From the human T2T-CHM13v2.0 reference genome, Homo sapiens, in NCBI RefSeq assembly GCF_009914755.1, contig NC_060926.1: a stretch of DNA of 64,000 nucleotides, one strand, 5' to 3'. How positions within the stretch are numbered: position 1 is the stretch's first letter; each line of letters begins with the position of its first letter. Positions 13,476 to 26,199 of the stretch are shown in pieces. The notes below the pieces were generated by a model that had not been told where the DNA came from, made no database searches, and worked only from the letters and a program-made list of their open reading frames with translations. Made by a program: the position numbers and the translations under genes.

Positions 13476-14752
13476 GGCAGGGACACAACAAAAAAAGAAA
13501 ATTGCAGGCCAATATCCCTGATGAACATCGATGTGAAAATTCTCAATAAAATACTGGCAAACCGAATCCAGCAGCACATCAAAAAGCTAATCCACCACAA
13601 TCAAACTGTCTTCATCCCTGGGATGCAAGGCTGGTTCAACATATGCAAATCAATAAATGTAATCCATCACGTAAACAGAACCACTGACAAAAACCACATG
13701 ATTATCTCAATAGGTGCAGAAAAGGCCTTCGACAAAATTCAACACCTCTTCATGCTAAAAACTCTCAATAAACTAGGTATTGATGGAGCATATCTCAAAA
13801 TAATAAGAGCTATTTATGACAAACCCACAGCCAATATCATACTGAATGGACAAAAGCTGGAAGCATTCCCTTTGAAAACCGGCACAAGACAAGGATGCCC
13901 TGTCTCACCACTCCTATTCAACATAGTATTTGACGTTCTGGCCAGGGCAATCAGGCAAGAGAAGGAAATAAAGGGTATTCAAATAGGAAGAGAGGAAGTC
14001 AAATTGTCTCTGTTTGCAGATGACATGATTGTATATTTAGAAAATCCCATCGTCTCAGCCCAAAATCTCCTTAAGCTGATAAGCAACTTCAGCAAAGTCT
14101 CAGGATACAAAATCAATGTGCAAAAATCACAAGCATTTCTGCACACCAATAATAGACAAACAGAGAGCCAAATCATGAGTGAACTGCCATTCACAATTGC
14201 TACAAGGAGAATAAAATACCTAGGAATCCAACTTACAAGGGATGTGAAGGACCTCTTCAAGGAGAACTACAAACCACTGCTCAATGAAATAAAAGAGGAC
14301 ACAAACAAATGGAAAAGCATTCCATACTCATGGACAGGAAGAATCAATATCATAAAAATGGCTGTACTGCCCAAAGCAATTTGTAGATTCAATGCTATTC
14401 CCATCAAGCTACCATTGACTTTCTTCACATATTTAGAAAAAACTACTTTAAATTTCATTTGAAACCAAAAACAGCCCATAGAGCCAAGACAATCTTAAGC
14501 AAAAAGAACAAAGCTGGAGGCATCACCCTACCTGACTTCAAACTATACTACAAGGCTACAGTAACAAAAACAGCATGGTACTTGTACCAAAACAGATATA
14601 TAGACCAATGGAACAGAACTGAGGCCTCGTTAATAATGTCACACATCTACAACCATCTGATCTTTGACAAACCTGACCAAAAAAAGCAATGGGGAAATGA
14701 TTCCCTATTTAATAAGTGGTGTTGGGAAAGCTGGCTAGCCATATGCAGAAAA
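13476..14752 (+). pseudogene. L1PA ORF2 internal fragment (reverse transcriptase core)
   Basis: 313-aa ORF 13521-14462 with L1 RT motifs (GTRQGCPxSPLLFNI, [15 protein letters not shown]); frameshift near 14460, then continues ([15 protein letters not shown]). Both ends truncated. Confidence 0.95.
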
Positions 14753-16804
14753 CCACGTGCTACTTTCTACCCATTCTTCTCTGTCCCCTTCAGAACTCCC
14801 TGATCTGCTCCTCCATGTGTTTATTTTAAGCAAATACCAGAGAAAGGAATGGGGTATCAGAAGCACGGTTCTCCCCTACCCTATATGGGGCCTTGAAAAT
14901 ACTCTGCCTTGGCCATGTGCTCTGGTTCTCCTGAACACAGAGCCAGGTTCATTCCCTCCTGCTATACATCAATGTGGATTTCATACACATCTGTGTAAGG
15001 CTCCCTGAGTGGCAGCAACACTCTTACCATCATCTGGGTGAATAGACTCAGATGTCAGTGGGTTCCCTACCCCTTGGCTCTAGGTCTGACTGATGTTCAG
15101 GACAGGGAGAGCCAAAAACTGAAGTGAATCTCTAACTTCACCTCCTCTTATTCTCCACCTCCTTCTCCTCCCCTCTTCCTCTTCCTCTCCCTCTTACCCC
15201 TGTGCCACGGCCATCCTGGTTCTTCCCTGCAGCCCTTTGGAGCCAACCATCTCAGGAAGACAGGCACCTCCCTGAAGGCTGCTGGCGTCTAGGGAAGGGC
15301 ACCATGTCTGAGCAGCATCCTCGCTGTCACCGCCCTGGCCAGGAGTGACACATAAGATCATCACTGTGCGTGAATCAGGATGGAGGACGTGGTTTCCATG
15401 ATGCTCTTGCCCGAACCTGTGAATCAAAGCACAGAGGACAGAAGGCAATGCAGCTGCATGGCAAACGTTCCCATGGATCATTAAAATATGGCATCCTTTT
15501 ATGTGCATCTTTAATAAGAAGAGGCTTCCTATCATCACCGCTATGACAGTCATTGCTAAGCAAGCTCACAAAGGGTTTTGAAAAATATTTCATTCATATT
15601 TCAAGTAACCCTTTTAAAAAACCCTTTAAAAGCCAAAATTAATTCATAACTAAAAATTAATCCATACTTAAGGAGCTTATCCATGAGAAGACAACGGTGT
15701 TTTATTCTGAAGAAAGATATATGTAAGGTTCGACAGCCCTGTCCAAGGGTTCCCAGCTTGCTGTGTTCTGTGGGGTCAGAGCATCACACATGGGCCTTGA
15801 CCTGGTCCAATATTTTAATTTAACTGAGCTAGTCATCCTGGCCCACACACATCCCTACTGAGCACTCACGATGCTCAAAGGATTGTGTGGGGCTTGATTA
15901 GAGCAAGCTGCCTCCAGCCAGGATTTCACAGCCAGCAGGGATAAAGCCGGATGCTCGCTGTACCTTTGGGTGCAAGCTTCCTGCTCTGAGGCATGCCTGC
16001 TACCTCTGCCAGGCCCATTTCAACCTTATGTCTGTCCAGGTGGATACATCTGGGTGAATGGTGCTGTGAAAGTGCTGGCCTGTCAGCAGGCACCTGTCAC
16101 CAGGAAGGTGTGGGGATGCCCAACTGGTAGCTGCCAGGATGCAGGGACCACAGCACTGGGAGCTGGCCACTTGGGAGAAGTAGGCTTGGAGATTTTGGAT
16201 GGCTTGCAGCCTCCAACTCCTTCTGTCCAAAGTCTAAACCTCCTTTGGGAGAATGACTTTGCCTTGGGGAGGCAGTGATGGTCAAAATTGTCACTGAGAA
16301 GCTGCAAGGTATGGCTGAGCATTTTCAGAGTAAAAAGTCCTAATTTAGCCTTAAAAAATCCCAAGTTAGGGATTAGCATGAATATTTTACAACAAATTTC
16401 TCTTCTTACCATTCCTGGCAGCCGAGACTACAGAGATGGAGCGCTGAGCTCTGGATGCAAATTCATTTCATCAACTAATTGGCCATCTAAGTCACTGTAG
16501 ATAATTAGACCTGGAAATGAAGACAAAAATAAGATGCCAACATCCCAAGCAATGAGTTCATGCTTTTTTTCTCTTTCTTTCAAAAAAGGACGTGTGCACA
16601 TGATATAGAGTTAAATATTAACACCATAAGCAAATATAATGAGAGGTTAGGATCTCCATTTAACTCAAGTGCTTCTCCCAAGGCTAGGTATCCACAGCTG
16701 GGGCTGACCCAGTCTTTTCCATTCCTTGATGGGAACTCAATCTGCCTTGATCTTGGTCTGCCCTAGTGGAGTAGAGTTGCTTTCCGACTGTGCTGCATGG
16801 CTGT

Positions 16805-16981
16805 CAGGGCCGGCGCCATGGAAATGTAACCTGTGCAGACACGCAAGGCTCTGCATGTAGGCCTCACACTTGGTTCAAAGCCAGGCATCACCATCTTGAA
16901 ATCCTTAATACATTTCAGAACCGATCCTAAAAAGTGTTTCCATTTTGCCATAAGCTTTGCAATCTACGCAGCTGGTCCCAG
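16805..16981 (+). mobile_element. MER45A-like hAT (Tip100) MITE
   Basis: cagggccggc...acctgtgcag...ccatcttgaaatccttaata...gcagctggtccca; about 177 bp with TIR-like ends. Confidence 0.75.
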
Positions 16982-17225
16982 TGACTCGGGTCTCTGTGCA
17001 GGGGTGTCCTCCAGAATCTAGTATTTCTGTACTGGGGAGCATCCGGGCTAAACCTGCCATGCAGAGACCTGTGTCCATTGACAGGTGACAAAGTGAAACA
17101 GAGTCCGGGGCTTGACATGAAGTGCCCAGGTGTCCAAGGTGGTACAGGTGACCACCTGGACCAGCAGCCCTAGGGAACATGACATGAGAATGACACGGTT
17201 CATGGAGTGAACAGGAGGAAGACCT

Positions 17226-17628
17226 TGATATGGTTTGGATCTGTGTCCCTGCGCAAATCTCACGTCAAATTGTAAACTCCAAAGTTGGAGGTGGGACCTG
17301 GTGAAAGGGGATTGGATCATGGAGGCAGATTTCTCCCTTGGTGCTGTTCTCATGATGGTGAGTGAGTCCATGTAAGAGCTGGTCTTTTAAAAATGTGTGG
17401 CAATTCCCCTGCCCCCATCTCCTCCTTCGGCTCCAGCCTTGTGAGATGTTCCTGTTTACCCTTCACCTTCCACTATGACTGTTAGTTTCCTGAGGCCTCC
17501 CAAGAAGCAGAAACAGAAGCCGCTATGCTTTCCGTACAGCCTGCAGTGCTGTGAGCCAATATAACCTCTTTTCTTTATGAATTACCCAGTCTCAGGTATT
17601 TACAGTGGTGCAAGAAGCGAGTAACACA
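17226..17628 (+). mobile_element. MSTA-like MaLR solo LTR
   Basis: tgatatggtttggatctgtgtccc ... gagtaacaca; 5-bp TSD gacct/gatct. Confidence 0.92.
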
Positions 17629-18125
17629 GATCTCAAATTAGACCACCAGTGTTTTCTTAAGAAGAGAAGCACAGGAGACAGTGGGAGCCACGTTGCCACG
17701 CCACCTGGGTGTCACAGGCTTTGCTTCTGGGGTCTGCCACTGACTCACCAGAGGTGGTGGGAGGGTCACCTGCATGCACAGGGTTGGTTGTGGCTTCAGT
17801 TATAATGTGATGCCCCATGAAGAACTCTTCTTTTTTGGGATAGTTTTTATCTCCAGGTCTCTGGAGAGCTCTGAGCATACTGCAGGGAAATGTAGGCTAA
17901 TGCTGACTCCTTCACACCTGTGAGAATTGTGGGAATGGAGTCTAAACCCTGCCTTGAGTTCTGCCTGGGGAGGCTGGGGGTGAGGTGTGCGTTTGGAGTG
18001 GGGGACAGTTCTCTCCTAGACTCCACTCCACAGACTGAGATCTATATAGTGAGCTATAAAGGACAGCAGAAGAGCATCAGGCTGAATGTCTCAACTCTGA
18101 ATAAAGAGTGCAGCCCAATGCTGTA

Positions 18126-18461
18126 CAGGCTGAGTGTCCCTTATCTGAAATACTTGAGACCAGAGTGTTTCTGATTTTGAATTGTTTTGGATTTTGGAAT
18201 ATTTGCATATACACAATGCGATATCTTGGGGATGGGACTTGAGTCTAAACATGAAATTCACTTATGTTTTACATACACCTTACACACATAGCCTGAAGGT
18301 AATTTTATGGCATATTTTAATCATTTTGTGCATTTGATTTCATTTTAATTGTGACCTGTCACGAGGTCAGGTGTGAAATTTTCCTCTTGTGGCATTATGT
18401 TGGTGCTCACACAGTTTTGGATTTTGGATTTTGGATTTTCAGAGGAAGCATGCTCAGTCTG
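18126..18461 (+). mobile_element. Tigger4-type (Zombi) TcMar MITE
   Basis: TA|caggctgagtgtccct ... gcatgctcagtctg|TA; TIRs with TA target duplication. Confidence 0.88.
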
Positions 18462-18559
18462 TATTTTCTTCTGATTAGAAGCCTCTCATCCTATTAGGAT
18501 AAAGTCAGAGGCCATCATAAGAATTCTCCACCCTTGATTGATGTGGAGGTGTGGCTCCC

Positions 18560-18745
18560 AGTTTCTACTCATTTTTCCTTTTGCCTTTTTCTCCTTTTTC
18601 TCGCATTTTCCTGGAGAATTTGACATCTCTCCTCTTCCCAACTTCTACTCGTTTTTCCTTTTGTCCTTTTTCTCCTCCTTCTCTCCTCTCCTCTCCTGGA
18701 AAGTCTGACCTCCCTCCCAGGTGCTCCTCTCCCAGTCTCTTCATT
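18560..18745. repeat. CT-rich low-complexity tract
   Basis: Polypyrimidine composition visible on the + strand. Confidence 0.7.
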
Positions 18746-19191
18746 GAGCCCACTTAATGCAGGAACCTCCGTGGCTGGCTGCAGCCGCTTCTCTGCTCAG
18801 CCCTAGAGTGGGTTCCCCGTGGGCACCACGTTGCTGCACAAATCCAGCGACAGCTATTTCCCATCACACATAGAATAGAACCAAACCCCGCCACTCGGCC
18901 CTGGGGACCCCTCAAGACCCAGCCTCTGCCTCCTCCCCACCTCACCCCCCGACGGCTTCCTTGCTTTGGCCACGTGGGCCCACTCTCTGTCCCAAGCTCA
19001 CTCCCACGTCAGTCCCCCGTGCCTTCTCCCTCAGGGAGCACTGCGAGGCCCATTACCTCCTTCCTGCTCTTGCGCTCAAATGTCGCCCCTTCCTGACCAC
19101 CCTGTGTGAAACAGCCTCCCACACACATATGCGTATGTGTGGCTCTATGTATATATCACCACAATTTTCCGAAATTAATAATGCAACATAT

Positions 19192-19269
19192 CAAAACCAT
19201 TGAATTGTATGCTTTAAACAGATGAATTGTAGGCACGTGATTTATATCTCAATAAAGCTGTTTAAAAAA
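19192..19269 (+). mobile_element. Old L1 (L1MC/ME) 3' tip
   Basis: tgaattgtatgctttaaac...tatatctcaataaagctgtttaaaaa. Confidence 0.7.
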
Positions 19270-19359
19270 CGAAGCAAGAATTCTTATCCCCCTGAGGCTC
19301 GTGTCAGCTCCATGAGAATGTTTGCATGCTTGGTTCGTCCTTATGGAAAATAGACAATA

Positions 19360-19590
19360 AGCAGGTTCCCGGCGCCCCTCCGCTGTCTGGGTGGCGCATC
19401 TCCAACCCCACCCCGTTCCGGCGCTCTGGCCAGGACGTATTGCAACTCTGTCCAGGCGGGGATTCCGCCGCCCTTCCCAGCCTCCCTGGGAGCTGGGTCG
19501 TGGGAGGAACCTGGCAGCAGGCACCAACCAACAGACACTGCATGCTGAGACGCAAGCAGGGATGCGGGCAAGACTCTTTTATAAACATGA
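19360..19590 (+). promoter_or_regulatory. CpG-dense patch with GC box and TATAAA (candidate promoter/enhancer)
   Basis: About 14 CpG in about 200 bp of non-repeat DNA; CCGCCC near 19468; TATAAA at 19580-19585. Function is inferred only. Confidence 0.35.
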
Positions 19591-19798
19591 TTTCTTTTTA
19601 GCTTTAATCCAGTGGATTAGACACAGCTGTGTTCATTCTGCCGGTTCTTTCATTTCAAAGCTGCTCCAATGCACTTTCATCCTCAAAAGTCCAGTCTATG
19701 GAGGTGGAAGTTGTTCATTTTAATGATTTGCTCCTTCGTTGCAATTTGTTCTAGATTTGTTCACTTTCAAGATACCATTTGGGCATCTTCTGTATTTC

Positions 19799-20479
19799 TT
19801 TTTTTTATTTTTTATTGTACTTTAAGTTCTAGGGTACATGTGCACAACGTGCAGGCTTGTTACATATGTATACATATGCCATGTTGGTGTGCTGCACGCA
19901 TTAACTCGTCATTTACATTAGGTATATCTCCTAAAGCTATCCCTCCTCCCTCCCCCACCCCACGATAGGCCCCGGTGTGTGATGTTCCCCACCCTGTGTG
20001 CAAGCATTCTCATTGTTCAATTCCCACCTATGAGTGAGAACATGCGGTGTTTGGTTTTCTATCCTTGCAATAGTTTGCTCAGAATGATGGTTTCTAGCTT
20101 CATCCATGTCCCTACAAAGGACATGAACTCAACCTTTTTTATGGCTTCGTAGTATTCCATGGTGTATATGTGCCACATTTTCTTAATCCAGTCTATCATT
20201 GGTGGACATTTGGGTTGGTTCCAAGTCCTTGCTATTGTGAATAGTGCCACAATAAACATACGTGTGCATGTGTCTTCATAGCAGCATGATTTATAATCCT
20301 TTGGGTATATACCCAGTAATGGGATGGCTGGGTCAAATGGTATTTCTAGTTCTAGATCCCTGAGGAATCGCCACACTGACTTCCACAATGGTTGAACCAG
20401 TTTACAGTCCCACCAACAGTGTAAAAGTGTTCCTATTTCTCCACATCCTCTCCAGCACCTGTTGTTTCCTGACTTTTTA
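19799..20479 (-). mobile_element. 5'-truncated L1PA (PA4-PA6-like)
   Basis: Low-divergence L1 ORF2 C-terminus ([26 protein letters not shown]) and 3'UTR; perfect 14-bp TSD atcttctgtatttc at 19785-19798 and 20480-20493. Confidence 0.97.
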
Positions 20480-20860
20480 ATCTTCTGTATTTCAAGCGAT
20501 GATGAAAGAGAAGCATGGGTTACATAACGTGGTTTCCAGGCATGTGGGACTGGTGACTTCTTCTGACTTGCACCATTTGTGTCTTTCCAAAGTTTTCCAG
20601 GGAGTTGGCGGAAATGTGCATAAAATGGAAGGGAAGGAGAAATGTGCTCCAAGGACAGGACAGTTGACTGCTGCCCACGGGCTAGGCAAGTCCAGCATGG
20701 TCCTTCAGGGAAAAAGCACCTTCTAAAGAGAGTGGGGGAGAATCATCTACAACTCAGCTCATCCTTCCCCGCTCCTCTAAAATGTTACTAAAACCAGCAG
20801 AGCCACTTTATACCAATATATTTGTACTTACTCTAAAACACTCATTCCAGGGGCAAATAG

Positions 20861-21221
<361 letters not shown>

Positions 21222-21434
21222 TAATATAATACATCTTCAATACAACACTCATGAGGACATTACACATACCCGTGTGCAGGTGTGCAGACACACACAAGCT
21301 ATCTTCCAATATCTTTTCCTTTTCGAAGATGGTCTCTGATTCCCAAACCAATCAATCATGATGAGACCACTGGAAGTGGAAGAGCCTCTGCACCCAGCTG
21401 AATTTCTAATTCAACAAACTATAAGATGGGTGGC

Positions 21435-21560
21435 ATGAGCCCATTTGACAGATGGAGACACTGTCATGCTCAAAGAGCATGAGGATCTTGCCCAAGGCCA
21501 CCAGGCCATGGGTAGTGGAGCTTGGATCAATGTACAGGCCCTACAGCTCATACTCTTTCC
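21435..21560 (-). mobile_element. MIR fragment
   Basis: cccatttgacagatggagacactg...cttgcccaaggccac MIR core. Confidence 0.65.
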
Positions 21561-22569
21561 ATGAAGCCAAAATGCTTTTCTAGTGGCCCAATGAGGGATG
21601 AGAACCACACAAGACAATGCACCTACCTTCATAGGGTGCCAGTAAGACACACAGGATGCCAGTAAGACACAGACACCCAACATTGAGTCCCTCGACATAG
21701 AAATTAAAGTTCTGTTACTACATTCCTGTCTTTCATCTCATGTGTACAAAGCAAAGACACCCTAGATCATTTGATAATATTAGAAACACTCTGGCATTGT
21801 GTTATTATCATTCTGGACCATTGTTTCATCATGGGAACAGAACCACACACACAGACACCAGTCATCAGGAACAAAAGCATTATTGTCTGGGCTCAGGCAA
21901 TCATCCTTGACAATAGGATATGCTCTGTCTGATTATCACATAGGCTACTATACAGAACAGCATGCGTGTGCATGTGTGTGTGCATGTGTGGGTGTGTGCA
22001 CTGTGTTGCTACTGATTGTAACACTCATATGTCTGCTCCCACCATTCCTCTGCTGGTGTTTGATTATTGAGGACCTCTGCCAAGAGATAAATCAGTTCTT
22101 AAAGGTGCAGCTCGTCTAATTAATACCTGTGGATACAACATTTAGCATGCCTTCTTTCATAAAGTCATCCACAATGTGCAAAATTTACCCTTCTTCATAT
22201 TGAAATGTTAGTTGAGGAGCTTGGTAAATGTCAATCCAGGTCTCTGAAGTGGTAGCTAAAAGCTCTGTGGCTGTGTATTTGGGTTCAGAGTTGAGCATCA
22301 GAGAGCAGACTGCACTCTGGACCTCAGCAGAGATCTGCAGGCAGGTTATGAAAACCTTGTCTGGGCAACACACACATGGTCTAGAAGAGCACGGCTTTCA
22401 AGGGCAGCTCTGGGATCTGGAACTGGATGAGGTTCTCATTTGAGGTCAAAGTTAGCGCCACGGCTGGAGCAAGACTAGGAAAGCAAAGAAGGAAAGCTGA
22501 GATGTCTGATGTTTGGCTCTCTACATAAGAAAAGCTTAAAGTTGTGTTTAAATTTTTTTCCAATTGTTC

Positions 22570-23395
22570 TCCCTCTCAATGAATGCCCCAGCAGACACCT
22601 GGGGGTAATCAGTGACCTTTCCTTTCTCCCTGGAACCATCTGTCCACCTCTCATCTAATGCTACCAATTTTCCCCCTTCCCAGTGTCTATCAAGTTCACT
22701 TCCATGCACCACCACTGCCGCAGCCCTCTCCAGCCTTCCATCAAATCTTGCCTGGACGATTGCAGTGTTTCACCAGCTCCTCCACCTGCATTCCCTCATG
22801 CTTAACACAAAAGAGTCTCCCCCTGCCACGGAAGGGATATTTGGGAAATGCAGCTATCCTCCCAGGAGCTATCTGCATGAATCACTGTACAGCATCCCAC
22901 CTGCAGGCTAAAGACACGTGCCTTAGACATGGCCTCTGACCGTTCACGGTTTGACCCATTGGCCTTCCTGGCTCCATCCCACCATTCTGTTGCACCCTCT
23001 CTGCCCCTGCCCACTGCTCTCTTACCACAGGGCCTTTGCATAATCTGCTCCTCCTGTCCAGACCCCCTTTTCTCCCTCTTTCCTCAGGTGAATCTTGCTC
23101 ACCTGCCAAATCTCAGGACAGCTATCACCTCCCAAAGAAAGTTCCTCTACTTCCATAAATCAAACCCTCTCCTTATGCTTGCATGTGACACCATGACTGT
23201 TCCACTGAGTAGGGAGTGATTGCTGTTGTGCATTACTTATGGGTTAGTAATTACTGTTTGTCTCCCAAAGGACCACTGGCTTCCCCAGCCAAAGTCCACG
23301 ATTGCACCTGTTATCATCCTATCTCCAGCACCTAGCAAGTGACTAGGACGTGGTGAGCCCTGGTGGATGCTCGGTGACTGAAGGAAGGAATCAAT
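22570..23395 (+). mobile_element. L2 3' region
   Basis: cagggcctttgca, tatctccagcacctagca, tgactgaaggaaggaat tail. Confidence 0.7.
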
Positions 23396-23758
23396 GCTGT
23401 GTTTTGATCGCCTTGGCTCTAGAACAATGGTGACCAGTTAGTGGTGCCAGGCCCTTTGATGGTCAAGCCACCAGTCATCATTCAGAAGTTTGACTCTGCC
23501 TGGTACCAAACAATCACACGCCAGTTAGGCAGATAGCTGTCAGCCTCTCTGAAAGGTTTACATTTCCAACAAAGATATATATCAATCATAAAACTCTGCC
23601 TGATAAAAAGAATTTAAAAAAAAAAGCCTTTTTCCCCAGCCTCTACCCAGCCTGTGGGATGACCACTTGTATCAGGTAGATGGCAGAGCAGTCAAATGTA
23701 CTACTGTCCAAAGCATGGGGATATAGAACCAATATTTCCATAAGAATTGGCATGTATT

Positions 23759-24067
<309 letters not shown>

Positions 24068-24231
24068 GAATTGGCATGTATTTGTTTAAATGTGTATTAA
24101 AAACATGTATAACTGGCACACCCATCCTGGGACTTTACAGATACTACTGCTTAGAATAAAGCTAAATAAGAAAGAAAAGAAATATGTAAAATTCATTTAC
24201 AAAGTCTGTATATAGAAAAAATAAGCTAAAT

Positions 24232-24420
24232 CAGGGGTTGGCAAACTGTGGCTCAGACCAAAGCTGACCAAAGCCTGTTTCTGTATAGCCCATAAGCTAA
24301 GAAATTTTTTCTTTTTAAAAGAGTAAAAAAGAAAGAGATAAATAGATTACAGAGACCATGTGGGCCACCATGTCAAACAATTACAATATGGCCCTTTCCA
24401 GAAAGAGGTGTCTGACCCTG
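24232..24420 (+). mobile_element. MER58 (C-like) hAT-Charlie MITE
   Basis: caggggttggcaaact ... tctgaccctg TIRs; 8-bp TSD agctaaat/aactaaag. Confidence 0.82.
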
Positions 24421-24499
24421 AACTAAAGACTCACAGTAGGCAGATGTGGGCAGATGTGGCCACGATGGTGGAGGTGGTATGTGGGTGGACATTTGGGAA

Positions 24500-24650
24500 A
24501 CACGGTGCTCAAGAAAGTTAGATCAGAAGTCAGGTACGTCTGAATCCAAATCTCTATACTTTCCAGCTCTGTGACCTTGGGTGAATTGTTCAACCTTCCT
24601 GAGGCTTAGCTTTCCAGTCTGTAAAATGGGAAGATAATACCTGCTTCATA
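24500..24650 (+). mobile_element. MIR
   Basis: ctctgtgaccttgggtgaattgttcaaccttcctgagg...tctgtaaaatggg. Confidence 0.75.
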
Positions 24651-24652
24651 AG

Positions 24653-25215
24653 TGTGAAAATAAATACAATTTAAAAGCTGTTGAAACCCCTCAAACACTT
24701 TAAGCCTTGAGAGAGATGTGACTGTGATCTGAGTCACAGATGGTTATAACGTCTGTTTTTCGGATTATAGATTCCCTTGCTTTTTTATTTTTCTTGTTCT
24801 GTACAATGACTAGAGAGAGCTGAATGACTCCAGGGATGAAAACCTCCTGCCTTCTTAATTAATGAGTCCTGTGATGGGTTAACTTCCCCCCTTTGTTGCC
24901 CTGCTTTGCTTAGACCAGACAACAGAAAGCCCATGCCTAAGTACTTCCTCTGTACAAAATGTTAAGTGTACCTGTCCCAAAGAGAAACACTGCCTAACCA
25001 ATCAAATTGCTGCAACTATTAATATCCACCAACTTTGTATGAAAAATGTAATCCTGCTTAAAAACAAACAAACAAACAAAAAAACTTCCTCCGTCTCTGC
25101 CTGTATAAGTGAAACCTTAACTTTCCTACTTTGAAACATTGACTCCGTTTCTTGGAGTTGGTGTTTTCGGATAGGCCATCCTCACACTTGGTGTTTGAAG
25201 GCACTCTCTTTATTC
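24653..25215 (+). mobile_element. ERV1 (MER4-group; LTR54/LTR56/MER72-like) LTR
   Basis: Begins tgtgaaaataaat...aagctgttgaaacc...ctgagtcac; CCAAT box and TATA-like gtataa. Exact family uncertain. Confidence 0.6.
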
Positions 25216-25229
25216 ATTCCATCATTTAT

Positions 25230-25600
25230 TGTGCTTAATGCGCCATTTGGGTCCTCTAAGGGGCAGACGCTGAGATGGAGTTAGGACTCCAGAAGATTGC
25301 TGGGATTTGGCCTCTGTGAGCGATGAGGGAGAGGTGGATTGGACGCAATGTAGCTCTGACAAGGCCTCGGCCAACCACACAGGGAGGAGTTCCCGCACTG
25401 GGTAGAAACTGCCAGGCTCCAGTGCCCGGCTGTGCTCAGTGAGTGTCTGGGGGCAGCCTGGAAGGAGTGTGGAGGGGGCTGGAGGTGCTACTGGCTGGAG
25501 CCCACTGCACCCTTGCAGTTGAATGTCAAGTTTTCTCCTGAAGGGAGATGTCTGCTGTGCTTTCTCGTGGACGCTGCAGCCCATCCCTTGCTCCCTGGCC
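25230..25600 (-). mobile_element. ERVL LTR (LTR41/LTR33-like)
   Basis: gcagacgctgagatggagttagg...aggcctcggccaacc...gctgtgctcagt; abuts the ERV-L pol 3' end. Confidence 0.6.
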
Positions 25601-25639
25601 CTCTGCTTCTCCATACATGTGCTGGAGCTGCACCTGCAG

Positions 25640-26175
25640 GGTGGCAGTGGGCTTCTCTTTGTGAGCAGAAGGAGGGTGCCAGTGGTACTCCTTTTCACCC
25701 TCCTCCACTATCTGTTGTAAATTCACCTCACCCTGCACCATCCACTCGGCAGGTCTAGGGGGCTTACCTAGTGGTGTGACCTAGACCCCCATCCCAGGAG
25801 GAAGAGTTCTCGATCGCATCCCTTCTCAGGCTGGGGCTGCTGCGTCCCTCCATTCGTCATCACAATGTGTCAAGAAAACACTAAGAAGTTCACACAAGTG
25901 CGTCACCTGAGTTCCTCGTGGATCCCTCCTGACCCTACTGTGTTGAAAGCAGTCTTGACCCTTCTGAAGACCAGAGCCGATGACCTCTGCCAAGATGATA
26001 AGCCCTCTTTTACCCACTGATCCCTGGGTGGAAGGGGCTCACAGGGCTCTGCAGGCAGCTGGAGCTGGTACTTCCATGGAACTCTTGTAGTTTCCCCGGC
26101 CGCAAAGCACGCCTTTGAAAACCAGAACGTTGAGACCCGAAGAGCTCTGACTTGCAGGCAGGGGAGGCAATAGCC
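25640..26175 (-). pseudogene. ERV-L-family internal relic: dUTPase and pol C-terminus
   Basis: Manual translation gives PPGMGV*VTPLGKPPRPAEWMVQGEVNLQQIVEEG and SGLNVLV...PGETTRVPWKYQLQLP...KRGLIILAEVI. These resemble ERV-L PSGMKVWVTPPGK.PRPAEVLAEG.GN.EWVVEEG and AGLEVLV...PGDTT.IPLNWKLRLP...KKGVTVLAGVI. Confidence 0.8.
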
Positions 26176-26199
26176 TCAGGGTCCAGTCTTTGGAAGTTT

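Noticed and set aside
13521-14462. 313-aa open RT ORF as a domesticated or novel reverse transcriptase gene
   Set aside because: Ordinary L1PA ORF2 fragment. It lacks the endonuclease and C-terminus, has a frameshift near 14460 and has no evident promoter; an open stretch of this length is unremarkable for L1PA.
20059-20652. 197-aa ORF with CCHC-like motif
   Set aside because: L1 ORF2 C-terminus read in frame with random flank across the insertion junction.
21637-21674. 20-bp tandem duplication tgccagtaagacac
   Set aside because: Two-copy slippage only, not an array and not CRISPR-like.
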